A stretch of DNA of 63,961 bases, counting the filler, from Octopus bimaculoides (lineage: Eukaryota), in NCBI RefSeq assembly GCF_001194135.2. It is 7 parts of 5 records of this genome, joined end to end, with 100 filler letters (N's around TTAATTAATTAA, not from the genome) between each part and the next. Parts side by side here need not be neighbours in the genome. Positions count along the whole stretch, not along the records: positions 18,916 to 45,913 come from NC_068985.1; positions 46,014 to 48,495 come from NW_026364148.1; positions 48,596 to 61,403 come from NC_068981.1; 4 more parts are not named here. One strand, written 5' to 3'. Of this stretch, positions 37,720-50,180 are shown one piece after another (positions within the stretch are counted from its first letter, which is position 1; each line of letters begins with the position of its first letter). Both the position numbers and the translations under genes were made by a program. The notes beneath the pieces are model-generated. The model saw only the letters and a program-made list of their open reading frames with translations, made no database searches and had not been told where the DNA came from.

Positions 37720-37760
37720 TGCGTGAAATGATCGCTGCTCTAAAATTTATAATATAATCT

Positions 37761-38158
37761 CTCTTTTACTTGTTTCAGTCATTTGACTGCGGCCATGCTG
37801 GAGCACCGCCTTTAATCGAGCAAATCGACCCCAGGATTTATTCTTTGTAAGCCTAGTACTTATTCTATCGGTCTCTTTTGCCGAACCGCTAAGTTACGGG
37901 GACGTAAACACACCAGCATCGGTTGTCAAGCGACGTTGGCGGGACAAACGCAGACACACAAACATATACACACATACATATATACATATATACGATGGGC
38001 TTCTTTCAATTTCCGTCTACCAAATCCACTCACAAAGTTTTGGTCGGCTCAAGGCTATAGTAGAAGACACTTGCCCAAGGTGCCACGCAGTGGGAATGAA
38101 CCTAGAACCATGTGGCTGGTAAGCAAGCTACTTAACACACAGCCACTCCTGCGCCTAT
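37761..38158 (-). mobile_element. SINE family B, full length
   Basis: tRNA-like head, CORE-like segment, central (AT/AC)n and 3' tail all present. Confidence 0.93.
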
Positions 38159-38909
38159 ATAGGCAATTGTAAAATGTGATCTGAACGTTATTAACGGTAC
38201 GTTAAAATTATATCCCGTTGCTGTCACTTGATACGCAACAGGATATAATTTTGTACTTATTATCTGTTGAAGACGTCTTTATATCATTGAATTTTCTGCG
38301 ACAACAGGATATTGTTATAAATAATCGCTACACGAGGGCTATTCTTTTATTTGTATGTATTCAGAGAATGTTGATATATATCCTATGTAACTTTCGGTGC
38401 TTCTTGTTTCTTTATATTTTGCTTATTCATTTCTTTTTTGTTATTGTTATCAAATCTTTATTCAATAATGTACTGTTTTGACCAAGTGGATACAAGGACA
38501 ATTTTGTTATGAGATAACTAACTCGATTAATCGACCATTAGGAGTTTATCAATATCAGAATAAGTTTCAGCATTGTTTAAACACAGAATGACATAAATAC
38601 TAGATGTTAGTACAGTATTCTGCTGTTACTGTAACTTGGACATGAGGAACTGCCACCCACCTCGTAACTTGATTTGTTAGAAATAGTAGTCTAATCTTCC
38701 TCAAATCACAAATAACGTCTTCGCAAAGAAAGTTGCGTTGGATAATATGGTCCTCGATTCATTATTTTATATTTTATTAGTTAAATAGAAGTGTTGGACA
38801 AGTAGGGAACGCCTTTGATTACTAGTCTACTGAACCAGGGCTGACCTGAGGCTAAACAACAACAACAACAACAACAGCATCAACTTATTGCCCTTTGTAT
38901 TTATCAAGA

Positions 38910-39292
38910 GTGGAGGCGCAATGGCCCAGTGGTTAGGGCAGTGGACTCGCGGTAATAGTATCGCGGTTTCGATTCCCAGACCGGGCGTTGTGAGTGTTTA
39001 TTGAGCGAAAACACCTAAAGCTCCACGAGGCTCCGGCAGGGGATGGTGGCGAACCCTGCTGTACTCTTTCACCACAACTTTCTCTCACTCTTTCTTCCTG
39101 TTTCTATTGTGCCTATAATTCAAAGGGTCAGCCTTGTCACACAGTGTCATGCTGAATCTCCACGAGAACTACGTTAAGGGTACACGTGTCTGTGGAGTGC
39201 TCAGCCACTTGCACGTAAATTTCACGAGCAGGCTGTTCCGTTGATCGGATCAACTGGAACACTCGACGTCGTAAGCGACGGGGTGCCAACAA
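38910..39292 (+). mobile_element. SINE family C, full length with 9-bp TSD
   Basis: A and B boxes; ends gtgccaacaa; tttatcaag at 38900-38908 and 39293-39301. Confidence 0.95.
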
Positions 39293-39305
39293 TTTATCAA
39301 GTAAT

Positions 39306-39492
39306 GTTAGCACGCCAGGCAAAATGCTTAACGGCATTTCATCTTTCTTTACGTTCTAAGTTCAAATTCCCCCGAGGTCGACTTTATCTTTCATCCTTTC
39401 GGGGTCGATAACATAAGTCCAAGTTGAACGTAATCGACTTATCCCCCACTCTCCTGAGCCTACTGGCCTTGTGCCGAAATTTGAAACGAATA
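39306..39492 (+). mobile_element. SINE family A
   Basis: gttagcacgccaggcaaaatgc...gaggtcgactttatctttcatcctttcggggtcgata. Confidence 0.85.
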
Positions 39493-39993
39493 TTTATCTT
39501 GTAANNNNNNNNNNNNNNNNNNNNNNNNNNNNNNNNNNNNNNNNNNNNNNNNNNNNNNNNNNNNNNNNNNNNNNNNNNNNNNNNNNNNNNNNNNNNNNNN
39601 NNNNNNNNNNNNNNNNNNNNNNNNNNNNNNNNNNNNNNNNNNNNNNNNNNNNNNNNNNNNNNNNNNNNNNNNNNNNNNNNNNNNNNNNNNNNNNNNNNNN
39701 NNNNNNNNNNNNNNNNNNNNNNNNNNNNNNNNNNNNNNNNNNNNNNNNNNNNNNNNNNNNNNNNNNNNNNNNNNNNNNNNNNNNNNNNNNNNNNNNNNNN
39801 NNNNNNNNNNNNNNNNNNNNNNNNNNNNNNNNNNNNNNNNNNNNNNNNNNNNNNNNNNNNNNNNNNNNNNNNNNNNNNNNNNNNNNNNNNNNNNNNNNNN
39901 NNNNNNNNNNNNNNNNNNNNNNNNNNNNNNNNNNNNNNNNNNNNNNNNNNNNNNNNNNNNNNNNNNNNNNNNNNNNNNNNNNNNNNNNNNNNN

Positions 39994-40251
39994 GTTCTCG
40001 GGGGATATTCAGCGTGACACAGTGTGACAAGGCTGACCATTTGAATTACAGGCACAACAGAAACAGGAAGAAAGAGTGAGAGAAAGTTGTGGTGAAAGAG
40101 TACAGCAGGGTTCGCCACCATTCCCTGCCGGAACCTCGTGGAGCTTTAGGTGTTTTCGCTCAATAAACACTCACAACGTCCGGTCTGGGAATCGACACCG
40201 CGATGCTATGACCGCGAGTCCGCTGCCCTAACCAACGGGCCATTGCGCCTC
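39994..40251 (-). mobile_element. SINE family C, 5' portion
   Basis: Reverse complement of the family C head; 3' part lost in a gap. Confidence 0.92.
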
Positions 40252-41237
40252 TTTTGCATGAATTATTAAGGACAGATACAACAATATTATTTTTACTGAA
40301 AGACGATCAAAATTCATAGCTGGAAAGTGAATCATTGCAAATGTTTACATAATTGTGGATATTTGGACATTTTGGGCTTTGTTTATTTCAAGCAACATTA
40401 TGCAAAAGTATAACATGTAAATAAATACTTGAAAAGTAATTTATTATCACATCAAGGCTGTCTAAAAACACAGGAATCATAAAAATAGTGAAATAAAATT
40501 ATTCACACCTTAACAACTTTAGTGAAGTTTTAATATGAAGTTTCAGTGTTCCATGAATATGTCCACACGCGTTGTTGTTTTCAAAAAGAAAATCTGCTGA
40601 TTGTTTTAAAGTATAGAAAAGTTTTTTGTCAAACATATTTTGGTTTGTTGCTTTAAATACACAATATGCAATACAGGGTTAAGTTTTACAAAAATACATG
40701 GCTATCTCGGGATATAGCTTTCATAGTTTGCTTTCTTTTATGAAGCTTTTAGTCGCAACGAGAGCTTTAACAAACATTTTCATCCTGATATATTATTCAG
40801 CACAACACTTTACCGTGTATATTACCTTGCAGTTATTCATATTTAATATAAATAGCAATAAGGATTATGCCTAACCTCGTTCAGTGTTATCTCATCTCGG
40901 TTACTCTTTAAAACTCGTATGGAATTTGAATTTAAGACGTTGAATATGATTGCGTGAGGAAAACACATAAGCCTAAACGCTCTCAGACATTTACAACTGT
41001 ATGACAGGTATTGACTGGATTTTATTAGATGTGCCAATGGGTACATGGAGCTGCCTCATCGGTTCATTCAAATCGCATCCAGATAGAGTTTTGTTAGGTC
41101 AACGAATAGCGTTTGTGTAGGATATGCACTGTTCATACTGTCAGCAGTCGGTGGTGGGGCGCTCTAAATTGTGCGATTAAATTAAAATCGATAGCAGTTA
41201 GCGAATAGTTATCAATAGAGAGATCTAGTTAGTAATT

Positions 41238-41324
41238 TAGATGTGATTAGCATTGCTAGATGTGATTAGCATTGCTAGATATGATTAGCATTAGATGTGA
41301 TTAGCATTAGATGTGATTAGCATT
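41238..41324. repeat. Minisatellite, 5 x 16-19 bp TAGATGTGATTAGCAT(TGC)
   Basis: Directly visible. Confidence 0.92.
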
Positions 41325-41399
41325 ACCAGCTACGAGAGTGACTCGTGGTTATTTCTTCAACGCGAAACACGAAGGCCGCGTTATTAGAGTTAGGATCCA

Positions 41400-42251
41400 T
41401 TTGCTAAAACATGAGGGTAGAAAAGACGTCTGTTGGTTCTAAGTTACGGAGACGATATCAGGCAACATTGCTGCAATCCGATCTTTGATGAACCAGGATT
41501 GTAACTTGTAAAGGAGAAGGGGAAGAGTCCGCAAGTCGCCATTCCAGCCGACATTTTGGCAGCAACCGTATGGAAGGCAGTGACGTATCGCTAAAACCCG
41601 ATGTCTAAAAGCAGCGACACCCGCTCAGTTGAAATGAGTCTTGAATGAAATAAGGGCAGGAGTAGAATATGTCAACAGAGTAAGGCAGTTTGGGGTTGAT
41701 GGTTCTCTTCGAGAGCAAAGCCCTTGTGCCGAAATACTCCCATATCTTTTACTCGAGTAAGAGAAAAAAACTGTTAATTAAAAAGAGATAGAGTTCCAAC
41801 TGATTTGGAGATCTTTTATCATTATGGAAGGAGGGGATATATTTCTCAAAAAGTAATAAACGGAGAAGGGATTTTGATCTGACACCACGGTAGAGATCCT
41901 CCTCCAAATCAGACGCGGAGGTGAAAAATACTCTATACCTTATCCAGCTACCGAACAGAGTGGATCTACGAGTCGCAGTTGAGAGCAAAAAGACGAGATA
42001 CCGATTGTGCGGTACGAAAGGCCACTTCAGAGTTTTCTGTCCTCGACAAAAAACAGAATAGAGGCGATTTACTACTACCACAGCCCTAACAGCAGCGACA
42101 GCGTACCGCAGTAACATCGGCAGAAACAACAAAGAATGGGAACAGGAACAACAGCGGCAACATAACACCAACGATGCCGCAACAACATAACCAAAACCCG
42201 CAATCCAGGAGATTAGCAAACCTAACCCCTTTCTCTCTCTATCTCTCTCTT

Positions 42252-42345
<94 letters not shown>

Positions 42346-43700
42346 GTTTAAACATATGCATAGGAACACAGGTAATCATACCTCCATATCCTCCCGCATC
42401 GAATCCTTGCTATATGGAAACATCGTCTTGCGAAGAGGAGGGACCGCCAAGCAGAGCGATGTTTTCAAAAACATAAAAGACCCACTCTGAGCGGGCCACA
42501 AAACCACGACAGTATCAACAAAACCACACCAATGCCAAACACAGACATGTCCACAACATCTTCACCCACCTCAACAAAAGAAAATACACACAGTAGACAC
42601 ACACAAAAAAACAGCATCGACACAATACACCCTAGCCAAACTTTGTACTTATAAGGAGCACGAATAAAGGAACTAAGTTCGTGAAGGAAAAGAACGAAAA
42701 TATTGAAACAGAGGGAGATGTCTTCACGTCCAGCACTGTCAAAGTGTCAACATTTTGAAATTGATACGGCTGGGCTCGAGGATATAAAAAATTGTTCAGG
42801 AAAAAATCTTCTCAAGGCTGGAAATCCTAGCGCAAGTGCTAGCAGTAGGTTTCTGAAGGACTTCCCAAAGGAAATTCATAATTCCAGGAAGACTGAGTCA
42901 CCTGCTCTCCAGAACCATCAAATTAGTAAGTAATCTATTTTCTATTCTTTCTTTATCTTTAAACCAAAATAGTGACTCTGAGAGTGGGGTGTATAAATGT
43001 ATGCTATATGGGGTCAGCCTGGAAACAGGATCTTCCGCCCAAAGACCTTAAATCGCTAGATTTGGACAGGACAGTGATCAACGAGACCAGGACTTCCGAC
43101 ATACGCTCCTTAGCGCCCATTTTTGACGATTTTGAGATTTTCGCACCCCTTACTCGCCTGTAATAGAGTGGTATGACGATAATGTTTCAAAAAAGCCTCG
43201 CTGGTCCTGGACGTGAGCAGTAGCGAACGTGGTGCCTTTAGATTATCTGCCGCGTATGCACTGACTGAGGTGGGGCACCCGGGCTTCTACAAGCGTTTGT
43301 GTGTTCTCCTGGGAACGTCCCGCTCTTTAGAGCTAGTAATCGATTGGAACGCTCTCTTAGATGCACGTCTGGATTGTATGGGACTAGTTGATAAGAGAGT
43401 GAGTGTAAGAGCCTCCCACTACTCAATCGTTTTCCTCTGGTTGACAGGTACTGACTGGATTTCCCGAATAGCCAATGTGAACATAAGCAAACAGTAATGG
43501 ATCATTTCGACCGTATCTAAATAGAGTATTCTGTGGACCAGCAGACTGAGGCAGCATATATTGTCTACAAATTTAAAGCTGTCGGCAACACAGACCGATA
43601 ATATTTTATCAATACGTTCGAGCTAAACAGATCTCACTGACAGAGACCTGGAAACTGAACTCATCTTCCCTAGCGCACCCAGTTTACAGAGACCAGATAA
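41400..43700 (+). mobile_element. Tx1-like LINE, decayed ORF1 and APE endonuclease region
   Basis: LRVAVESKKTRYRLCGTKGHFRVFCP zinc knuckle (~41970-42050); MTLRVGCINV...INETR (42972) and AFRLSAAYA...LVIDWNALLD (43213-43400) match APE motifs; (CT)n at 42231-42340. Confidence 0.72.
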
Positions 43701-45054
43701 GAGAACTAATTAGAAGGGAAAGGAAGGGGCCAATCATCAACCACCGAAGATGGTTAGCTTTGAAAGGGGTTATTACATTGGAATTGATTATGCTGAGTAA
43801 AAAAATATAGACAGAGAATTCTAGGGTTGAGGGAGAGGTGGGTGTACTATTACTAGTTAGTAAAAGTTAGTAACCAAACGAAAATTAAATTTCTGTAATT
43901 AAATTAATGTTCGGCGTTCTTATGATTTTTGCAGTTTTCGTTCGCGGAGCTAAATACGCTTAGACATGCCAAAGAAGAACATATTTAGGCATTTTTATTT
44001 TTTGTTTTTTTTTACATACATAGCTAAATATTGTCCAACAATTCAAATGAAGCAAGTCGAAAACCCTCCAAAATTCAAAAACAGATATATTAATAGTGTG
44101 GCATCGAAAAATTATCTCTCTTTCTCTGTGCATTAGTGCACGCATGTGTGTGTATTTTTGTTCATTCTTCATAAGTTGAACACTTAGATCTCCTTTTGAA
44201 TTCGTGACAGAAAAAAATATTCTGTTCAATTTTCTTTTAAGCAAACTGAAATATGAAGAGGTAATTAAATTTTATATAGACAATAGAAGTTGCAGCCACG
44301 CGTGGGACATTATACCTATTCAAGGTCTCTTCAACATATCTTATTCATGCCAAGGAACTTTTGGATGATTTCCTCGTTGGAACAACGTAGTGAAACTATG
44401 TTCATATTTTGATGATATTTATTCTCTTTTAGTGCATCTATATTTTTCATCAGAAATGAGCACTTAAAATATGATTGTTTTTCTCAAATTTTTCTTAACA
44501 CACATACATATTGTAATATCCTATTGAATGTTGAACATACATCCACAGCAAAACAGCATATTTGGGAACACTTTTGTAATAAAGCAGGATATAAAGCATT
44601 ATTGGTCAGTGAAAAATAAACAGCGGACAAGACCTAGCGCTTTAATTTCGCTTGTGTTCTATTCTTGACAGAAATAATTGCTAATTCTCTCCTCAAGAAC
44701 TTACTTTAATTTATTCGGTTCCATTGGGTACATATTTATTTTTCAACTGAAATTTCAAATCAACTTCTACTTAGGAATAGAAATTCATTTTATATGATCA
44801 GAAAACATGACAAAAGCAACGTTCCAAGTATTCCATCAGTATTTTATTTATCAAAATTGTCAATAATATTTTATTCACAGTAAAATAGATAGAATATTGC
44901 AACGATTAGTTCATAAACTAGTAATTTCTCTGTATTTGTATCTCTAAATATGTGACGTGCGTGTATATTCGGATTCATAAATCGAAAAGTTATAAAAGAA
45001 AAACAACAAACTAATGATAAAATGACTCGGTGTTTTTTGATTAAGCCAAATATA

Positions 45055-45540
45055 TTCTTTTCTACTCTAGGTACAAGGCCCAAAATTTTGATGGAGGGGG
45101 CCAGTCGATGAGATCGACCCCAGTGCGCTACTGGTATTTAATTTATCGACCCTCAAAGGATGAAAGGCAAGGTCGACCTCTCGGAATTTGAACTGAGAAC
45201 ATAAAGACAGATGAATTCAACAATATTTATTTAGCAGCTATTATAAATTTGGCTCTAGTGATGTGCATGTACGTGTGTGTGTATGTGTGTGTGTGTGTGT
45301 GTGTGTGTTATGTACATATATATCTATCTTTTAATTCTTTCAGTCACCGAACTGCTGCCATGCCTGGGTACTGCTTTGAAAGGGTCAAATTCAATAATTC
45401 GACCCTCGTACCTCTGCTTAAGCCTGGTACTTTTTATTACCAGACCTTTTTGCCGAGCCACTAAGTTATGGGGATATAAAAAGACCAACACCAGTTGTCA
45501 AGCGATAGTGAAGCAGGACACAAACATATACATACACACA
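45055..45540 (-). mobile_element. SINE family A (45055-45212) and family B 3' half (45330-45540)
   Basis: Family motifs. Confidence 0.8.
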
Positions 45541-45654
45541 TACATACATATATATATATATATGTATGTATATACATATATATGTGTACATGCATGTATA
45601 TATATATATATATGTATGTATATATATATATATATTTATGCATATATATGTATG

Positions 45655-45685
<31 letters not shown>

Positions 45686-45742
45686 GTGTATATATGTATA
45701 TATATATATATGTGTGTGTGTGTATATATGTACATATATGTA

Positions 45743-45774
<32 letters not shown>

Positions 45775-45905
45775 CATATGTATATATGTATATACATGTG
45801 TATATGTATATGTATATATATATATGCATATATATATGTATATATATGTACATATACATATATGTATGCTTATGCATGTATATATATATACATATACATA
45901 CAAGA
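45520..45905. repeat. Degenerate (TA/TG)n alternating tract
   Basis: Directly visible; source of Y/I/M/C ORFs. Confidence 0.95.
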
Positions 45906-45913
45906 TTGACTGT

Positions 45914-46013
45914 NNNNNNNNNNNNNNNNNNNNNNNNNNNNNNNNNNNNNNNNNNNNTTAATTAATTAANNNNNNNNNNNNNNNNNNNNNNNNNNNNNNN
46001 NNNNNNNNNNNNN
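45914..46013. other. Assembly linker 44N-TTAATTAATTAA-44N
   Basis: Identical 100-bp construct. Confidence 0.95.
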
Positions 46014-46204
46014 ATTATTATTATTATTTCAAGATGGCAGAATTATTAGCATGCTGGATGAACTGCTTAGCGGTAATTCACCGGTTGCTACGTTCCGAGT
46101 TCAAATTCCGCCGAGGCTGGCTTTGTCTTTCATCCTTTTGGGGTCAATAAATTAAGTACCAGCTGCATATTGGGGGGGTGGGTGGTGGGGGTGGGCCCGA
46201 GATC

Positions 46205-46495
46205 AACCCTGACATCTAGAAAATTCAAGCACAAGAGTACCCTTCTCTGATGAAGCTGCACCAATACAGGTGCCACCCCCTACAAGCAGAGCAGGACTGT
46301 AGGTGCACAAAGAAAATGCGAACTGTGCAAGCCCAGAACCTACACCTTGCTTTTGGTCCCAACTGACCACTAGTGCCCAACCTGTGACAGAGCCTTCTGA
46401 GCACGCAACAGTCTGCTTGACCACAGCTGGACACACCATGCCTTGTCTTGTTCTTTCATCTGATGTCCTTGGTCGTCATCGACAACAACAGACGA
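46205..46495 (+). mobile_element. RTE-like LINE 3' end fragment
   Basis: CDRAF*ARNSLLDHSWTH resembles the C-terminal CxRxFxxxxGLxSHxRTH motif of RTE ORFs. Confidence 0.5.
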
Positions 46496-46514
46496 ATGAA
46501 TCAATACTTATACT

Positions 46515-46875
46515 ATAGGTGCAGGCCTGGTAAGTAGCTTGGTTACCAACCAAATGGTTCTGGGTTTAGTCCCACTGCGTGGCACCTTGGGTGAGTGTCT
46601 TCTACTATAGCCTTGGGCCAACCAAAGCCTTATGAATGGATTTGGCAGACGGAAACTGAAAGAAGCCCATCGTACATGTGTGTGTATGTGTTTGTCCCGC
46701 CACCATTGCTTGACAACTGATGTTGTTGTGCTTACACCCTCGTGACTTAGCGTTTCAGCAAAAGGAGACTGATAAAATAAGGGCTAGACTTACAAAGAAT
46801 AAGTCTTGGGGTTTCTTCGACTAAAACCCTTTAAGGTGATGCCTCAGCATGACCACAGTCAAATGACTGAAATCA
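46515..46875 (+). mobile_element. SINE family B, full length
   Basis: Head to tail alignable with 59988-60335. Confidence 0.9.
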
Positions 46876-47686
46876 GTATATATGTGTGTGTATATATGAG
46901 TAGATATGTGTATAACTTCATTTAGTTAGATCCCTTGGATGAAAATAATCGGTGGAGTGCTTACATGCAGTGGATGATGTCTTTATCATTATTCGTGCTG
47001 TGACATGTCAAAAATTCGCAACCATGAAACCAGCTTCTAACAGCGTCACGCCTTACTGACTAATGTGATTGACCAAAGGAAAGCAACAGTTTGCTGGTCG
47101 GTTGAAGCCAAGCGGTGTGACGCAGCCGTGACGTCAAACACGCCTCGACTCGTGTGCAGTCATGCTTCACTTTGGATGCATTAATTTNNNNNNNNNNNNN
47201 NNNNNNNNNNNNNNNNNNNNNNNNNNNNNNNNNNNNNNNNNNNNNNNNNNNNNNNNNNNNNNNNNNNNNNNNNNNNNNNNNNNNNNNNNNNNNNNNNNNN
47301 NNNNNNNNNNNNNNNNNNNNNNNNNNNNNNNNNNNNNNNNNNNNNNNNNNNNNNNNNNNNNNNNNNNNNNNNNNNNNNNNNNNNNNNNNNNNNNNNNNNN
47401 NNNNNNNNNNNNNNNNNNNNNNNNNNNNNNNNNNNNNNNNNNNNNNNNNNNNNNNNNNNNNNNNNNNNNNNNNNNNNNNNNNNNNNNNNNNNNNNNNNNN
47501 NNNNNNNNNNNNNNNNNNNNNNNNNNNNNNNNNNNNNNNNNNNNNATCTACCTTGTATATCGATTCGTCCATCTACCTATTTCTCTCTCTCTCTATCTAC
47601 TTACCTCTCTATTTACTTATCTCTCTATCTATCTATCTACTTGTCTCTCTATCTACCTACCTACCTACCTACCTACCTATCTTTCT

Positions 47687-47925
47687 TATTTCTTTATTGC
47701 CCACAAGGGGCTAAACATAGAGGGGACAAACAAGGACAGACAAAGGGATTAAGTCAATTACATTGACTCCAGTATGTAACTGGTACTTAATTTAAATTTA
47801 TCGACCCCGATAGGATGAAAGGCAAAGTCGACCTCGGCGGAATTTGAACTCAGAACGTAACAGCAGACGAAATACCGCTAAGCATTTTGCCCGTTGTATT
47901 AACGTTTCTGCCACCTTGCCGCCTT
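47687..47925 (-). mobile_element. SINE family A, full length
   Basis: Near-identical to 11396-11614. Confidence 0.92.
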
Positions 47926-48026
47926 AATCTACCTATCTCTCTATCTAGCTACCTCCCTACCTATCTCTCTATCAACCTACCTACCCACCCACCTACCTAC
48001 CTATCTACTTGCCCATCTATCTATCG

Positions 48027-48062
<36 letters not shown>

Positions 48063-48267
48063 CCCTCATATATGCATTCTTTCTTTTTTCCTTTTACTTG
48101 TTTGGCATTTGACTGTGGCCATGCTGGAGCTCTGGCTTTAGACAAAATAATCTACTCCAGGACATATTCCTTGTAAGCCTGGTTCTTATTCTATAATAAA
48201 GTGTGTTTGTATGTATATACATACATATATAAATTTAAATTAAAGAAATATTATTACCATTATTTAT

Positions 48268-48495
48268 AATAACAAGAGCACTCAGAGTGCAAACCTCTGC
48301 CAAAGCAACACCAACGTCCTCTCAATGATTAGCCGGAGATTGTTTTTAAAATGAAAATATCTGAAATAAACTTGAGTGCTCTCACAAATGAGAATACTAA
48401 AAATGAACTCGACTGCTCTCAAAAATTAAGTAAAATACACGGGGAAAAAATAATCCAGAATCCTTGTCTGGTACCGGATCGATCCCAAAATCTAA
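48268..48495 (+). mobile_element. Possible Helentron-associated non-autonomous element (DINE/HINE-like) 5' part, cut by a linker
   Basis: Starts aacaagagcactcagag and has an internal ~34-bp direct repeat (tgctctca.aaat..g); classification is from recalled similarity only. Confidence 0.35.
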
Positions 48496-48595
48496 NNNNN
48501 NNNNNNNNNNNNNNNNNNNNNNNNNNNNNNNNNNNNNNNTTAATTAATTAANNNNNNNNNNNNNNNNNNNNNNNNNNNNNNNNNNNNNNNNNNNN
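48496..48595. other. Assembly linker 44N-TTAATTAATTAA-44N
   Basis: Identical 100-bp construct. Confidence 0.95.
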
Positions 48596-48596
48596 A

Positions 48597-48750
48597 TGAT
48601 TTCTTAAACATTCACTTGAACAAAACTGTACAAATCCAAATATATGGTACCCTAGGCATAACACCTACATGAACTTCTAACTTGTTGTCTCTTGAGGTCT
48701 CTGGGTGAGACTTGGATCCAACTTGTACAAATGCAAAGCAAAAGTCGGAC

Positions 48751-48765
<15 letters not shown>
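48597..48765 (+). mobile_element. 3' end of R4/Dong-like LINE (second copy, plus strand)
   Basis: Reverse complement of 48935-49100 with scattered mismatches; runs into (TAA)n. Confidence 0.85.
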
Positions 48766-48805
<40 letters not shown>

Positions 48806-48907
48806 TAATAATAATAATAACAACAATAATAATGATAACAATAATAATAGTAACAACAACAATAATAATAATAACAACAACAATAACAACAACAACAACA
48901 ACAGCAA

Positions 48908-48946
<39 letters not shown>

Positions 48947-48947
48947 T
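48751..48947. repeat. (AAT/AAC)n microsatellite flipping to (ATT)n at 48931
   Basis: Directly visible. Confidence 0.97.
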
Positions 48948-50180
48948 TTATATTTGACTTTTTCATCGCATTTGTACAAGTTGGATCCAAGTTTCACCCA
49001 GAGACCTCAAAAGACAAGTTAGAAGTTCATGTTCGTGTTATGCCTAGGGTGTCCTATATTTGGTTTAGCACATAGTATTGTTCTAGAGTATGTTTAAGAA
49101 GACAATAAAATTATGAGTTTGTTTTAAAATTTAAGATTATATAGACAGTAAGTTTACGTACGATATGGGTAGTTCCCATGAGCATTATCTTTTGAAATTC
49201 TTCCATTTTGGGATTTCCTGGTATCTGCGCCAGCTAGCAATCAGCTCCTTCTGCTATCATTCCAAGGGCACCTACAACAACAGGTATTGTTTTTGTCTTC
49301 AGGTTCCACATTTTGCTAATTTCTATTTCAAGATCTTTATACTTGCTCGGTTTTTGGTAGGTCTTGACAGATACGTTTATATCGATTGGGACAGTCATAT
49401 CAATGAGGAGGAATGATTTTTTTCTGAAGTCTTTCAATATAATGTCTGGCCTATTTGCATCTATCTTTCTGTCAGTTTGAATGGTGAAGTTCCAGACGAG
49501 TGAGATGTAATCATTTTCAAGCATTGGTAGTTATATGTGTTCCCACCAGATTTTATCATGGGGCAGGTCTAGGATTTTGCAAATTATGCAATGAATATAT
49601 TGGTGCTGCTTTACCATGCCTGTTGAAATACTCTGTAGATCTGTAGATGCAAGAAGACTGCACATAGAGACAACTTGATCAATGGTTTCACTTTGTTGTT
49701 GACATACACGACATGTTGGGAAGCAGCCGTTCTTTAATATATTGGCCTTGTAGTTTCTTGTAGGTAGGCATTGATTATGGGCTTACTCGTTGATGGGTAA
49801 GGGCTTTGTCAGCATCGGCATTATTAGCTCTCTTTGGGTATTTGCCACTGAGAGGTTTTTCTTGCCATTTATCAGTAAGAATATTTAAGGCAGCAGTTTT
49901 AGCAAGAGTTTTCCATACGCTTAGATTTTTCTGTGCTTGGTTGTAGTACGTCTAATTCTAGAATTGTTGTATTTGGAATTCACTTAGATATTCCTTTGCC
50001 TGTTTTGTTACTGAGTATGATGCTTTCTTATTTTCATGTTTTGAGACAAGTTTTAACATCCAGTCCTCAGAGTTTTTCAGGTAGGTGTCAAGGCCAATTG
50101 TGGCAATCTTCACTGTAAATACCAGTTGTAAAAGTCCACTGCCCCCTTCTTTTCTTGCCAGATGAAGTCGTTCTACATCT
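48932..50180 (-). mobile_element. 5'-truncated R4/Dong-clade RLE LINE
   Basis: DVERLHLARKEGGSGL; CRVCQQQSETIDQVVSMC (CCHC with H to Q); WNFTIQTDRKIDANRPDIIL...LIDMTVP...KYKDL...IPVVVGALG (PD-(D/E)xK endonuclease); ends in (TAA)n. Confidence 0.88.

Noticed and set aside
41238-41324. CRISPR-like array (also 54768-54849)
   Set aside because: Units are contiguous with no unique spacers, no cas genes, eukaryotic context
45277-45965. Overlapping Y/I/C/M-rich ORFs, and H/T/C/V-rich ORFs at 13415-15100
   Set aside because: Translations of alternating purine-pyrimidine microsatellites in several frames on both strands
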